This document shows positions 15,601-30,255 of a stretch of DNA of 64,000 bases, in pieces. Within the stretch, counting starts at the first letter, position 1. The number at the start of each line of letters is the position of its first letter. The notes beneath the pieces were generated by a model that had not been told where the DNA came from, did not search any database, and worked only from the letters and a program-made list of their open reading frames with translations. The position numbers were made by a program, and so were the translations under genes. This stretch comes from the human T2T-CHM13v2.0 reference genome, Homo sapiens, in NCBI RefSeq assembly GCF_009914755.1, contig NC_060931.1. One strand, given 5' to 3'.

Positions 15601-18210
15601 CTGGGTGGGATTATGCACAGGACAGAGAGATGCCACTAAGCCATGCCACCAAGCATTTGTGTTTATTAGAAGAGCATTCCTCCTATGAACATCATAGTTT
15701 ATAGAGTCCCAACTAGATTATAATGTAGACACTTCTGTCAGATGATAATATGTCTGTAAAAAGTCTGCTAGATCTGTATTTTATTCATAAAGGCAATGGT
15801 GTGAAATATACACACAAAAGACCCATGTGTAAAAGGGCTCATGTGAGCGAAGCAGCAGCCAGGGAGAAGGCATATCCAACACACCTCAGGTGCAGTGGCG
15901 GCTTAAGGAGGCATCCCAGGAACACATTAATCAACACATTCAAGGAATGCATTAATCAACACTGCTATAACGGCTGGCATGCCCATTGTTTCACTGTAGC
16001 ATGCTAAAGAGCACAGAGCAGCAATGTGAATGTGAATTTCCACCATGCTACAAGAAACAAAACCCTTTTCAGGACTGGCTCCATGCACCATATCCTACTC
16101 GACTCTTTCAATAGAAATCATTCTCTCCTGTATTCGTGGTAGTTTATGAACTTGCTTTCTGCAACAGTCAACCAGAAACAAAGAATCTTTACAGACCAGC
16201 TAAGTTTGACAATAGCTGTAGAAATGCCTTCTGCAGATATGAAAACTTGAATCCATCCAAGAGATTTTTTTCTTTGCCTTACAAAATGAATGCTGTCATG
16301 AAAGGCAAAATAAAAGAAAACAAAGCAAAGCAAAAAAAAAAAAAACCCAAGCATCTATTTGTGTATGCAGTCAGTTGTGACAGCAACATACTGCATTACC
16401 AGCAGGGGCCTGGTCCTGGCCTCCTGCTCCACACTGGGTTTCATTTTCCTCCTGGGTAGTTCCCTAGATAACCCTCCTGTCAGGATTCGACTCCCTCCAA
16501 AAGCAGCCAGGGATGAAATGGCCAGATGCTGGAAGGAAGAGACATGATAAAATACCCGCAGAACCTAGGCACACATGTCTACCTTTGTATAGAGTACCAT
16601 GTGGACCTGAACACCTGAGGCCTTCCAGTATTCCTGCTGTGTCTCACTTCCAATTGTCCATACTTGGAGTATCTCACCCATTAGGTTATGTTGCACAATT
16701 AAAGTTCAATAAATGATGATTCTGGTGATAAGAATGCTGAATACAAAGATCCTAACTCAATGAATAAGGGATGCCATTTATAACTTTCATTTGGAATAAG
16801 CTTCCTCTCAGGGTGAGAATTATTTTAATAGAGGTTGTACTTGCTGGGAACAAGAGCCACAGGGCAGTGCCCCTGCCTTTTGGTGGCACTGTTCTGGTCA
16901 TTTTGGTGAACCTCAAAATTAAAGTCTATGGGTCACGAATCTAGACTTATTTCATCACGAGTTCTGATTCTAATAATCCCAGAAAACAGTTAAGAACTAC
17001 AAGCCAAAAGTACAGCAAGGAAAAGAAATCAAATCCAGTAAGTATATGCAAGAAGCTATTTGCAAAGGTCACGCATTAGCCCTTTGGTGTATAAATGCTA
17101 AGTGCTCTACATTTCATGTACTGGAGTGACTCAGGCAGTTTTTTATTTCCAGTTTCAAACCAGATATTTCTCCCCACTAGGCTACAATGGGAGGAGAGGG
17201 GGGAACACATAAAAGTTGCAGGATTCCTTCTACTGACTACTAGCACCAATTATTGCTGCCACAAAAACATAATGCCACTGTTTTCATCATTGTCTCACTA
17301 TGGCATTATCCTTACCCAGCTATCTCCCAAGAGAAAATGCTGATGTCTTTCTTCAAACACATTTCAACTGCTCTTTCTGAGCCTTCAGAAACAGCTATCA
17401 AACTGAGCAGCCCAGAGTGGTGGGAGTGGTGAGAAGGGGGATAAGGTGAGATGTCCAGAGAAAAATGGCTGTGTCCCATAAGAATAATGAGGACAGGATG
17501 CAAGAGGCAGAAATGAGATGCCTAATCAATAAAGGCATCTCAATCACGGATGTGAATAAAACTCAGAGATAAATATCAGGAAATGTATAATTTAGCCTCC
17601 CTACAGAAATGTTGCACATTGAATTTAATATGCTTCCATCTGACCCCAGGACAGAGAGCACTGCTCAGACTTCATGTGGAAATGGAAAGCTGAGCAGTCG
17701 CCTGGGTTGAAAGAACAGAATGTTCTTCACTGCACTGTCATTCAGCTTCCAGGAATGCTGCATTTCAGTGGTAAGTAGTCATTCTGTGAAAAAGTTCATC
17801 ACGATCACAATAGAGGGACTGTCCAAGTATGCTAATGTTTCAAGAGATGTCACTTAGTTGAAATCTGTGCCTTGCCTTCATGCTATGTCACAATGAAGAG
17901 GGAGGAAGTTAATTTGTATAAGAAAAGATTGTTCTAGTTTTCCAGATGACTACATATTGAATCAAACTTTACTGGTATAAAACAATAAAGAGGTAAATAT
18001 TTTTTACTTGGAGTTAGATCCCTGTCTTGGTTTTTATAAGTTCTAGGCATCCCAGAGTAACTGCTTTATTCATGAGCTTTTAATCTTCAGCTTCATGGGG
18101 CAAGTATTCTTTCTGTGGGTGCTGGGTCTTCTTGATTTGACTGGTATCAACTAAACTCAGCCTTAAAATGATCCTGTAGGACAAAATTTTGATAGCTGTC
18201 TTTACTGTTA

Positions 18211-18582
<372 letters not shown>

Positions 18583-21316
18583 TCACTTTTACAAATCAAC
18601 TTAATTATAAGATAAAAGTCTTTTTACTCTTACCAGTTTTACTATTATCTATTCAGGATGTAACTACCCTTCTCCTAAGATGTACATATAACTTTAACAA
18701 CTCGGTATTGTAAAGTCCAAGGGAAAGAACAAATTTCAAGTCATCCACAAAAACAGTCAGTAAATGACTCCAGCACCTTGTCAGGTTATTCTTCATACAC
18801 AGCTTGCTGCCAAATGGGAACATGCTTTAAGGTGCAGCCTGGGCATTCTTCTTCCTCAGACTCCTTATGGTTACTACTAGGACCAAACTTACACGAATGT
18901 GGCCAGCAGAAAACTCATTTTACGAAGTGATTTCAGAGGTATCCTCTCTCCTCACTCTGGTTGATTATCAAAATGCCACCACTAGCAGCCTTGCATTTTA
19001 GCTCAAGGTTTTCAATGCAGGTAGAAGTTAGATTTCCCAGGGAGAGAATGTACACATTAGGGTTAATGGCAAACGTGAGCAGTTTTTATGTGTGACACTG
19101 GATAAGGGCAGACAGAGGGCACTTCCCAAACAGAAGGATGTGGGATGGGCCTGAGAGTTTGCAAACCACAGTCCACAATTCTGGCTGCATGCATTTTTCT
19201 GAACATCACAGCATGCCAGTGAATGTGGGAAAAACTACTGAAAACTCTAAGTAGCTACGAAAAAAACTTATTTATTCTAATGTCAGAGGCCAAATACTTG
19301 AATAGCCTAGGGACATTCTGAGTATAAGTGTGCTTTAGAATTTTGGGAAGTTTCAGTCAGTCTTTGTGAGGCCAGGGAAACAAATTGGGAAGACTCAGTA
19401 TTTAGTTTTGACAAGATTCAACCATTCACGAAACCAAAAAATGAGACATTTTAGTGGCTCTCATAGGACCTGACAACTAAAAGCTCTCTTGAGCCAATTA
19501 ACAAAAGGCTAGCCAGAAAGACCAACAAGAAGTGTGTATTGAGAAAAGAAGAATCGAGCCTTTTCACTTGTTGCTCTAGAAGACAGAGATTTTCAATCGA
19601 GTACCCTTCACACGATGGAAGAAAGAAAAAATAATGCATCCAGCCAGAAAAACTCCCTTAGAACTACCTGAGAGTGGGCTAGGAAGTGGGAGAGCACCTG
19701 CTGTTGAGCCAAGCGTTTCCACCTTAAAAGGGCACCATGTACTTCCTCACAGTGGCCGCTGTTTTCCCTGCTCACCAGAAAACACCATTTTTACAAATAA
19801 ACTCCCGCCCTCAGTGTCTTACTACCTTATAGATATCAGACAATATATTATCTACGAAAGAATTTTCCATACCTTACTGCTGATACTAGTATTGTACTGG
19901 TAAGCCACCATACTTAATACCATTACTAGTAACTCCTAGTTTCTAACAACTGTAATTTGGTATATGTCCCTGTCAGAATGGATGGTACTTACTATCACAT
20001 TGCTTTACCTTGCAGGTGTTCTTTATGAAACAAGGACACTTGTAGAGGAGAGCGGTACATAAAAACTATATAAAATAGGTCATTTTGCTTCAACAAAGGG
20101 AGCTTTCTCTTAAAAGAGCCATTTGTACAAAATTAAGGCTATTTTGGTGTTGGTCATAATTACCTAACATCAATTTTGCTAGTCTCTGCTAATTTTCACT
20201 TTTCAGGGACTGTTCAAGCAGAACAAAATTTGTGCTATTTGATTTACAAAGCAACATTCTTAGTTTCCAGTCTACTAATTTGGGGATTTCTGATGGTATT
20301 TTGAAACACTGTAAGAACTAGTCATATGAAGTCAGTTTCAATACAACACAATGGAAGCAAATTCAGCTGAGGCATGAATCATTTCCTTTCAATTACAAAA
20401 GGACATCTCAATGGATCAACCTAAGAATTCTCAGTAACAAGAGACAACATGCTCAAAGGATTTTACTATCTCAAAATCTTGTATACAATCTTCTTTCCTT
20501 AACTAAAATCCATGAGTTTATTTGTTAAATGAAATCAACAAGGTAAAGAACTGAATGTCTGAACAATCGTGCTCTCATAATTCCTTAAAAAAGCTATTAT
20601 TGGTTGAGATACAGTTCTCTGAACTGTGTTCCAGATCTCCAAGTAAGATTATTTTTTCATCAAGTTCAGTACTATAATAGATGGCCTTTCAGAAGGCATC
20701 ATAGGCCTAACAGGGTCCATTCTAGAGCTGATAATGCTGAATGGCATAAATAAGAATGGGGCGGACAGCGGGGTAGGAAATAAGAAATGGGGAAGGAATT
20801 TACAAAGCAGAAATCACATTTCAAAGTAACATTTAAACTTTCAAAGGAGATATTTTTATTCTTTGGACTCCATTGTGAGACAAGAAAAATCACTAATGGA
20901 TGGTATACCCTCAGGAGACTTTTGATATATTATTGAATCAAAAAGAAAATTATTTTCTTGTAAATGATTCCCTATAATTTTTAATCTTTAGTCCCTTTAT
21001 AAACATTTTTACTAGCAGTGCTTTGCCTCTGCTCTCTATTTTCTGGGCTTTATGATTCATGATTTACTTAAACAAAAATCTTATTACTATGAAAGGACAT
21101 GAGGGCTGGTTTACTTCCCTATGTATTTGATCTATCTTCTTTGACATTGGTATGATTAATGTTTTTGCATCTATGTTTCTACTCTCTGTCTTTTATCATA
21201 CTCTCTGGATTGAAAAGTATTAAATATGGCAATAATATTACATAATCACATTATTTAATATTATAATTCTCATCTTTAACTACGAATTCAAATGTTTTGA
21301 GAAGACAAACTCTTAC

Positions 21317-21383
21317 CTTTGAAGAAGCTCTTAAGTTGTTCTTCCTTTTAATTCTTTAAACCAAACGTCTTCTTAGCATTGCT
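21317..21383 (-). other. NRCAM: 67-nt non-coding (5'-UTR) exon, probably of NRCAM
   Basis: The minus strand reads gttaac (branch-like) gtttctcccattttttaacccacAG | AGCAATGCTAAGAAGACG...GAGCTTCTTCAAAG | GTaaga, with a strong acceptor and donor. The sequence matches my memory of the NRCAM mRNA leader upstream of the MQLKIMPKK start; not database-checked. Confidence 0.75.
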
Positions 21384-24300
21384 CTGTGGGTTAAAAAATG
21401 GGAGAAACGTTAACACGACATTGATTGTCATCAATCACAGCAGAGTGTCAATATATTAACTCCAACTGGCTCTCTTATGGGAAACACAATTAAAGAGAGA
21501 GCCCTGCAAGGAAGACAAATCATGACTAGATTTGCCAAAACATATCTCTGCTGGCTTCAATCAAAAGTGACAGCAGAGAAGTGACCAGAACTCTGGTGGA
21601 CATCCCATTAAAGGATTCCAGCCTAGAGAATCACGTCTGATTCCTCTTTTCAGTTTAGAGGAATAAAGGTGTTTTTGTAATGTATCTATACAGTGTGGAT
21701 AAAATACTTTGCTATGGGCTTATTATTATTATTATTTAAATTTTTTTATTTGGTAGCATAGAAATTTTTTAGGTTATGTTTGAAAGGCCCCAGGTTTTCA
21801 ACAAGGGTCATAAAAAGAAGCTGGGAACAACCAAGATTTGAGGAGTGAGTTCCACCTGGGCTGTGACAAAGGCAGAGCAGTGGACAGCTCCCAAGTTCTG
21901 CAGTCTCCAACTCTCCTCTCGTCAGCCTCAATGTTTCCTTTGCAAATAGTCCAGCTGAGAATTAGCCAGAGAAAGAGAGGAAGGATGGCGAGTAGAACAA
22001 TCACAGCTGAGCACATTAAGTTTCATTTTTTAAACAACCAATTCAGTGACACCCAAGGTTTCTAAGGGAGGATTTGTGTCTTTTTGAACTTTGGATTTCT
22101 GGAAACAGAAGTCGTACTATCAACCTCTGAAAAACCCTTCAGAGAAGAGAAACAAGTGTCAATTCAGGAACTCTGGACTGCACTCAAATATTAGGACAAC
22201 TATGAAACACAAAATTATTCCGTTAATAAAAGATGCTTAATAATCTCAGCTGGTTTTGCTTATGTATGTGTTATAAAATATTCCCTGCATTAAGTTGCAA
22301 AAAATGTTAATTACATATAAAACCACCCTTAATAGATTTTCATTGCATGTGAAGCAATGATATTTTATCAGGACAAAATATTAATATTGTGGAGGTTTGT
22401 GATTTTTCCTTAGAATTGGAACCAATTTTATAGTAATATTGTTTTCACTTTTTAAAAAAAACCCTAGAGTTGTGTAGGACAGCATCTATAAGAATTTTAA
22501 GATATATCTACAATAACAACTCAATTCAGCAAACTTATATTGAGCACTTAATACATATCTGCCAATTCACTGGATAAATCTAAACAAGAAAAAAATAAAA
22601 TATAAATACTTCATGCTTCCTACCATGAGGGATCTCAGTCCACATGCTGATGGATTCCTAAGTTTTAATAGTTCTCAGCATAATCCAGTTCAGGGCAAAA
22701 CGCTCTAAAAAGCACAGATATGTAATTTTGCATAACATGGTTCCATGGCATCACGTGGAAAAAACTATTTCATCCTTGCTTATATATATTATTGATAGGG
22801 CACTGCTACATTTTTAACCACCTTGTGGTGATGTAAACCCTGAAGGGTTTGCAAAGACCACCAAAAGACTGTATTAATTGTATTACCATGTCAGCAATTA
22901 TGCCCAACATTTCTAGGAAATGACTTTTTGTTACATTCATTACTCTTGTTTTGACAAATGTGTCAATGGCCTTTCATTACCCCAAAACACATTTAGGTCA
23001 AGAGAATAGGGTAATACATCATTGCTAAGGACTATTTTTCCAATAACCAAGTAACAATTTAATTTTTTAACCAAAATGCAATCAACTTACCCTATTAAAT
23101 AAAATCAGTCCTAAGTCAAAAGGTCAAGATAAGATTTGATGTATTTTTAAAGTAGCCTTCAGAAAAGACAGATAACATCCACGCGAAAAATGTAAGAAAC
23201 CCAAAGCCCACAGTACACATAACAAATCAATTACAATAATAGTAATTCAATAGCATATAACACTAAAAATTCAAATAATTCTGAAAAGTGAATACTTGCC
23301 TTAGCCACTTATGGAAAAATAAAATAATAAACTTCCTGTTTCAGAGTAAATTGCTATGGATTGGGACACATTTTTTTGCTGGACTTTTTTGGCAGAGAAA
23401 GAGTTGTTTGGTTTTAAAATGAGAATTCATAACATTCAATGCAACTGAAAATCTGCTATTACAAGCAGTATTAGGTAAAAAGTATCAGCAGGCAAAAACT
23501 TGCAAAATCTCATTTGGCTTATACTTTTTAGTTCAACTCTAAAGATATTAGAGATGTTTACTCTTTGATTCTTGTGAGGCTGATTTCTAAAAACTGGCCT
23601 CCTTAACAATACAGTAAAGGTTAGATTACATTAAGATATCAAGCCTTTGATTGCCCCCACCCCCCCAACAACCCAGTCAATTCTGTCTACACTCTTCAAA
23701 ATAAATACAGATGAGAAATAGTTTTCAGAACATCAATTATGAAAACTTTATACGCAAGAATATATTTATATATCTGCACAAGTATGTATTTGTGCAACAT
23801 GCAAAACTGTTCTGCCTTTTATCACTATAAAATGACAGTAAATTATAAATTTATATTTAATCTTTGGTCTTAACAGAAATTTGACTAGTAGTAAAATCAT
23901 ACTAAGCCCAAACTCTTTTTTTTTCTTAATTTCCTGCCTTTGACATGATCCTTGGACTGAATTTGGGTTCCATTCATACTTAACTGGAGAAAAAAGGATA
24001 AAAAAACCACCTTGTTAAAACTGGCATTTATCTTTGGTTTCTCTAGGGTATGCCTGTCATCCAGCCGCTAATTCAGCTTGACAAGGCCAGAAGCCAAAAT
24101 CATCTTGAAACCCAGTTCTCCCATTACAGCAGCCTATGAAACAAAATACATTCCAAAAAACAGACAGTATGGTCTGAGATAAAGCATGTTCTCCAACTAC
24201 AGCTCCATCAGATGGCACCCAGAGGGCCCTCCCTCTACCACAACCTAGCTGGCTGGGGTCCTGGGAACACAGGCCCCTAACTTCTGGCCCCAAGTTTAGC

Positions 24301-24680
24301 ACCAAGTTCAGCCTACTCCTGCAAGACTAAACTTGTTGGGACTTGGGACTGACCCCATGTTATACATCTTGTGGAAGTTAGGGTGGGAGCAAGAAGGGAT
24401 CCATTCGAGCAAGAAACTTGCAGGTGAACCAATGTGGATCATGCTTTACCTTTCAGAGAAATTAACACATTGGTCCTTGAAGACTGAAGACTGATCACTC
24501 ACAGAAGCATCTGACTGCCTCAAGTGACACTATCATTTGCTACCTTGTAGACTGATGCAAACATCCAATAGTGAGCAAATTACATTGATAGAGGACATGT
24601 TGGATATATACCACCTTACTGTCAGCATGCTGGAAATCATGTTGTCATATACATAAATGTAGCCTTCCATGGTACACAGT

Positions 24681-25087
24681 TGCTATGGTTTGAATGTGCT
24701 TCACAAAGTTCATATGTGGGAAACTTAATCACAAATACAACAATGTTCAGAGGTGGGATCTTTAAGAGGTGATTAGGTCATGAGGGGCTTTGCCCTCATG
24801 CATGGATTCACGTCAATATTGTGGGAGTAGGTTTGTTCTCACAAGAGTGGATTTGTCATAAAAGTGACTTCTGTTCCCCTCTTCCTCTTGCTTTCATGTA
24901 CACTCTATCTTGCCCTCTCTCATCCTTCTGTTTTCTGCTACGGGATGATGCAGCAAGAAGGCCCTCACCAGATGCAGGCCTCTTGAACTTGGACTTCTCT
25001 GCCTCCAGAACCATGAGCCAAATACATTTATTTTCCTTATAAATTACCTAGTCTATAGTACTCTGTTGCACAAAACAGACTGAGACA
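24681..25087 (+). mobile_element. MaLR solo LTR (MST-type)
   Basis: tgctatggtttgaatgtg...gcaagaaggccctcaccagatgc...gcctccagaaccatgagcc...actgagaca. Confidence 0.88.
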
Positions 25088-25145
25088 TTCGTGCTTGGTA
25101 TACTTCATGGTTTCATAAAAGTACAAATAGAAACCTAAAAGTTCA

Positions 25146-25455
25146 GGCCGGGCACGGTGGCTCACGCCTGTAATCCCAGCACTTTGGGAGGCCGAAGCAG
25201 GCAGATCACGAAGTCAGGAGATCAAGACCATCCTGTCTAACACGGTGAAACCCTGTCTCTACTAAAGAAAAAAAAAATACAAAAAAATTAGCTGGGTGTA
25301 GTGGCAGGCATCTGTAGTCCCAGCTACTCAGGAGGTTGAGGCAGAACAATCAATGGTGTGAACCCAGGAGGCAGAGCTTGCAGTGAGCCAAGATCACACC
25401 ACTGCACTCCAGCCTGGGCAATGGAGCAAGACTCCATCTCAAAAAAAAAAAAAAA
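25146..25455 (+). mobile_element. AluY-like with a 17-bp TSD
   Basis: TSD agaaaccta(a/g)aagttca at 25129-25145 and 25455-25471. Confidence 0.94.
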
Positions 25456-25479
25456 GAAACCTAGAAGTTCAGTGTGCAG

Positions 25480-25900
25480 TCATGGCTAGCTGTCTAACAA
25501 AGAGTCATGCCCTCTCTCTGTCATGTAAGACAGACATGGCTGTGGAGAAGAAGTTCCTGTCCAGGGTCTGTATTTCCAGTTCTCCTTGTGTCTAGGTGTG
25601 ACTGCAAGGTGTAAGAGAGCTAATATGTGTCACTTCTTTGTTCAGATGTTTAAAAAGAAAATGTGTCTTTTCCACGCCTCCTATCTCTCCATTTCTGGCT
25701 GTATGTCAATGCCAGTGTAACCTGAAAAGTTGCACAGCATGGCCTTTGTCAGCTTGGGTGAAGAGTAGAGATCCTTCCCTCCAAATTCATGGTCTGCATC
25801 ACTAACAGTGAACTGTTACATGAGCTGAGAGGGAACTCTAATTGTGTGATGTTTCTAGTTTGGGGGTTTGTTAGAATAGCTAGCTCTGCCCTATCTAATA
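25480..25900 (+). mobile_element. Old MLT1-type LTR remnant
   Basis: gtatttccagttctccttgtgtctaggtgtgac...tgtgtcacttc...gaactgttacatgag...tggggtttgttagaatagctagc. Confidence 0.5.
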
Positions 25901-26279
25901 GAGTTGGCACACTGTGAACATAATAGAAACTTTAAATGAAATATTGTTCTCACTGGTCCTTTTTCTATGTCTATAATCTAGGAAGAAGATTTAATTTTAA
26001 AATATAAGTGTATTCAGAGCAGTAGAGCAAAATTGATTAGAGGGTATTAAATAACTCCTTAGTAGAAACAGCTAAAGTAATAGTGTTTACTTCACCTAGG
26101 GAAGAAAAAGCTTAAAGGAGTCTAGTTAAACTGTCAATGAATATATGAAGGTTCCAAAAATTTTATATGGCAGATAGTGAGAAACTATTTTTCAAGTTCA
26201 CTGAACATAAAACAAATACAGAAGGCTCTGTGTGATGGCTATAAACTAATACCGTATCTAAGAAAATGGGGAAGACTGA

Positions 26280-26998
<719 letters not shown>

Positions 26999-27649
26999 AG
27001 AAATTCACTTTTCTAATAGGCAGACCCAGGGGGTTCTGGTGCATGTGGTCCCAGGCTACACAATAATCAACATGGTGAAATAATGTCTCTAGGATAATGA
27101 TGGTTAAACAATGAAATACACAACATTGTGAGGCTGTTAGATTCCCTTTCTGAAAGTAATATCAGGAATGTTCCACAGGGTGGAAAACACACTGTTGACA
27201 AACACAGAAGAGCACTTGGAATCTAGGTAAGTAACAAAGGATTCCAATCCTTGAGCAGCTCAGAGTCTCAGGAAAGTGACCATGAGTCTGTGTGTGTATG
27301 AGTGCACATGTGTGTGTGGAGAAGGTGGTGATAAGAAGGAGAAAACAAAGATGACCCCTGGTTCTGAATAGAGAAAAGGAGGTTTCATTCACGGGTGAGC
27401 AGACGTACTTCAGCGTGGCCCTGGGAATCCCGGTCTCCCCTAGCCATCCTAGCCCTGGAACAGCCTCCAGATGAGGTTGCCACCCACCAAGTTATAGAAT
27501 GAAACAAATGAAGTCGAGGCATCCAACCCTATTCAGGAAGCAAAAGCAGTTCATGTTTATATATTTTACAAATCAGACTTCTATGTCAAGTGGGAAGAAA
27601 GATTCTAAGGCAAATAAAAAATGTTCTATAAATCTACAACTACATGAAG

Positions 27650-27823
27650 AGTCATTGTTTAATGGGTATTGAGGTTCAATCTGGGATGATGAAAACATTT
27701 TCTAAGATGGATATGATAATGGTCACACAACAATATAAATGTACTTAATGCTACTGACCTGTACACTTAAAAACTGTCAAAATCTCAAATTTTGTGCTAT
27801 ATATATTTTACCACAATAAAAAA
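27650..27823 (+). mobile_element. Old L1 (L1MB-like) 3' end
   Basis: gtttaatgggta...gggatgatgaaaacattt...aatgtacttaatgctactga...tgtacacttaaaa...attttaccacaataaaaaa. Confidence 0.85.
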
Positions 27824-27954
27824 GGAAAACATGGCTATAAACTTCCTTCCAACTCTGTAAGTTAATAGACATGATATTTGTAGGAAAAAAATTCAACTTA
27901 TACCCTAAATTCCTCCATTAATACTTTCTGTGTCCTTGAAAAGTTAGGAAAACA

Positions 27955-28620
27955 TTAATTTATTCAACAAATATTTAGTGACCAACTACTATGGCTCAGG
28001 CACTGTTCTGGGCACTGAGGATGCAGTAATAAACAGAATAGAAAAAATCCCTGCCCTCATAGAGCATTTACTTATCACCTCGTTATGCAAAACATTTATT
28101 AACCGCCTATGATTTGCCAAGTTCTATGCTGAGCATCAGAAATACAATGGTTATAAAGAAGTGAACCTTAGAAAACCAGTCTCTTCTTGGCCTCATGAAG
28201 CTTATGGTCAATGGCAGAAGATAGATATTGAACAAATAATCACAGAAATGGATCTAAAAATACCAATTTTGAAAAGTTGTTAAGGCAGGGGTGTGTGGTG
28301 CTCCTAGAGTGTGTGGTGATGGGAACCGGCTTTGTCAAGGTCAGACTTTTCTAAGGAAATGATGACTGAGCTGAGGTCCTACAGAGCTGGGGAAGGAAAG
28401 ATGTGTTACAGTTTTGATACCAATGCACAATTTAATTGGGCACAAAATGAGAAGAAGAAAAGCAGGGGATAAGAGGGACAGGTCTGATGAGGCTGACAAA
28501 GCAGACAGAGGCCTGGCCACTTGGAGCCCTGTAGTTCTTTCAGCCTTTTATCCTAAGGGCAATGGGAAGCCACTGATGTATTTTAAGAAAGCTGAGGGTG
28601 GAAGAGGAATGATTTGATCA
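27955..28620 (-). mobile_element. L2 LINE fragments
   Basis: tattcaacaaatatttagtgaccaactactatggctcaggcactgttctgggcactgagg...gggcaatgggaagccactg. Confidence 0.78.
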
Positions 28621-28822
28621 CAAATAATACTTATTTTGCTGCTCTGACAATTTAAAAACTACCAACTGAAAATGAAGGCAAGAACTACAAGTGAATTCCT
28701 ATACAGTTATAAAAAAACACTTTTGATAGTGTTTAATATACCAAAGATTTATCATAAGATAAAAAATTATTAACAGCACTCCAATTTTTAATTATTTGGT
28801 ATTGATCAAACATAGTCTCTTG

Positions 28823-29117
28823 GGCCAGGAACAGTAACTCATGCCTATAATCTGAGCACTGTGGGAGGCTAAGGCAAGGAGGATAGCTTGGGTCCAGGAG
28901 TTCAAGACCAGCCTGGGCAACACAGGGAGACCCTGTCTCTGTGAAAAATAAAAATAAAAATAAATTATCTGGGCATGGTGGCATGCACCTGTGGTCCCAG
29001 CTACTTGGGAAGCTGAGGCGAGGATTGCTTGAGTCTGGCAGGTCGAGGCAGCAGTGAGCCACTGTACTCCAGCCTGGAGAACAGAGCTAGACAAAACAAA
29101 ACAAAACAAAACAAAAC
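28823..29117 (+). mobile_element. AluJ with a (CAAAA)n tail
   Basis: J-type ggaggatagcttg...ctgggcaacacagggagaccc...ggattgcttgag. Confidence 0.88.
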
Positions 29118-29150
29118 GGTCTCTTAAGGTACTATTATATAATCTACTAA

Positions 29151-29215
29151 TGAAGCCGAGATCACACCACTACACTCCAGCCTGGGTGAGAAAGCAAGAC
29201 TGTCAAAAAAAAAAA
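29151..29215 (+). mobile_element. 5'-truncated Alu 3' fragment
   Basis: gccgagatcacaccactacactccagcctgggtg...A tail. Confidence 0.8.
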
Positions 29216-29896
29216 GAGTGACTATTTTAAAACACAAAACAACAGTGAAACTATTTGATTAAATAAATTATATTAAACTTCATAAAATATGATTATTTAG
29301 GCATGTTTCATTGACACATAAAGTGACAAAGGAAACTTAACTAATTGTTGTACAAATTTGATTAGTATCTAAGAACTTGAACAAAGAATCAAACACACAT
29401 GCAACATTTCTTCCCTTAAAATATGATTATCAATGTAATATATACTGTTGAATGGGACAAAAAATTCAGACCAGCATAATACTGTGTGCTAACAGAAAAT
29501 ATATATGGTAATAAGAAAAACTCTATGCTTTGTATACAATCAGGTTCACTATGTTAATTTACGCAGGCGTAAATGCTCAATAAGTAGATGACAGACATTT
29601 CTGTGCATTTCATATTCTGGATAAAAACAAGGATAGGAAACATCAAACTTTTAATTGCATAGTGAGCTATTCTGTCCCCTGAACAACACAGTACAACTCT
29701 AGACTATCATTCAAGTTCAGAAAAGTTGTATAGGTTTGGCTCATATAACTTGCATAATTCATCTTTTAACCACACTGTCATTTATACAATTAAGATCTGT
29801 CAATTCATTTTTCTGCTTACACTACATTAAGAATTCAATGTATTTAGCCAGGGAACGTTCCCAAGGATGCTTTAGCCATGTTTTATTATAACCTAC

Positions 29897-30255
29897 TGTG
29901 TTATAACCTACTAGTTCATTTCCGTTGCTTTAAAGTAATACCTGAGATTGCTTATAAAGAAAAGAGGTTTATTTTTGGCTCATGGTCTGTAGGCTGTACA
30001 GGAAGCTTACAATCATGGCACAAGAAGGGGAACCAGTGTGTCACCTGGCAAGAGAGTGAGTGAGAGTAGGGTAGGTCTCAGACTCTTTTAAACAATCAGA
30101 TCTCACAGTAATTCATTATCACAAAGAGGGCACCAAGCCATTTATGAGAGATCCACCCCCATGAGTGAAACATCTCCCACTGGGCCCCACCTCCAACATT
30201 GGGGATCACATTTCAAAATAAGATTTAGAGGGGGCAAAACATACAAACCATACCA
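29897..30255 (-). mobile_element. MaLR solo LTR (MSTA/B-type) with a 5-bp TSD cctac
   Basis: TG...CA ends; cctac at 29892-29896 and 30256-30260; aaagaaaagaggtttatt, ggccccacctccaacattggggatcacatttcaa. Confidence 0.87.

Noticed and set aside
16865-16891. CTCF-like motif or hairpin cagtgcc...ggcactg
   Set aside because: Core CTCF positions are mismatched, and a 7-bp stem is expected by chance in 64 kb.
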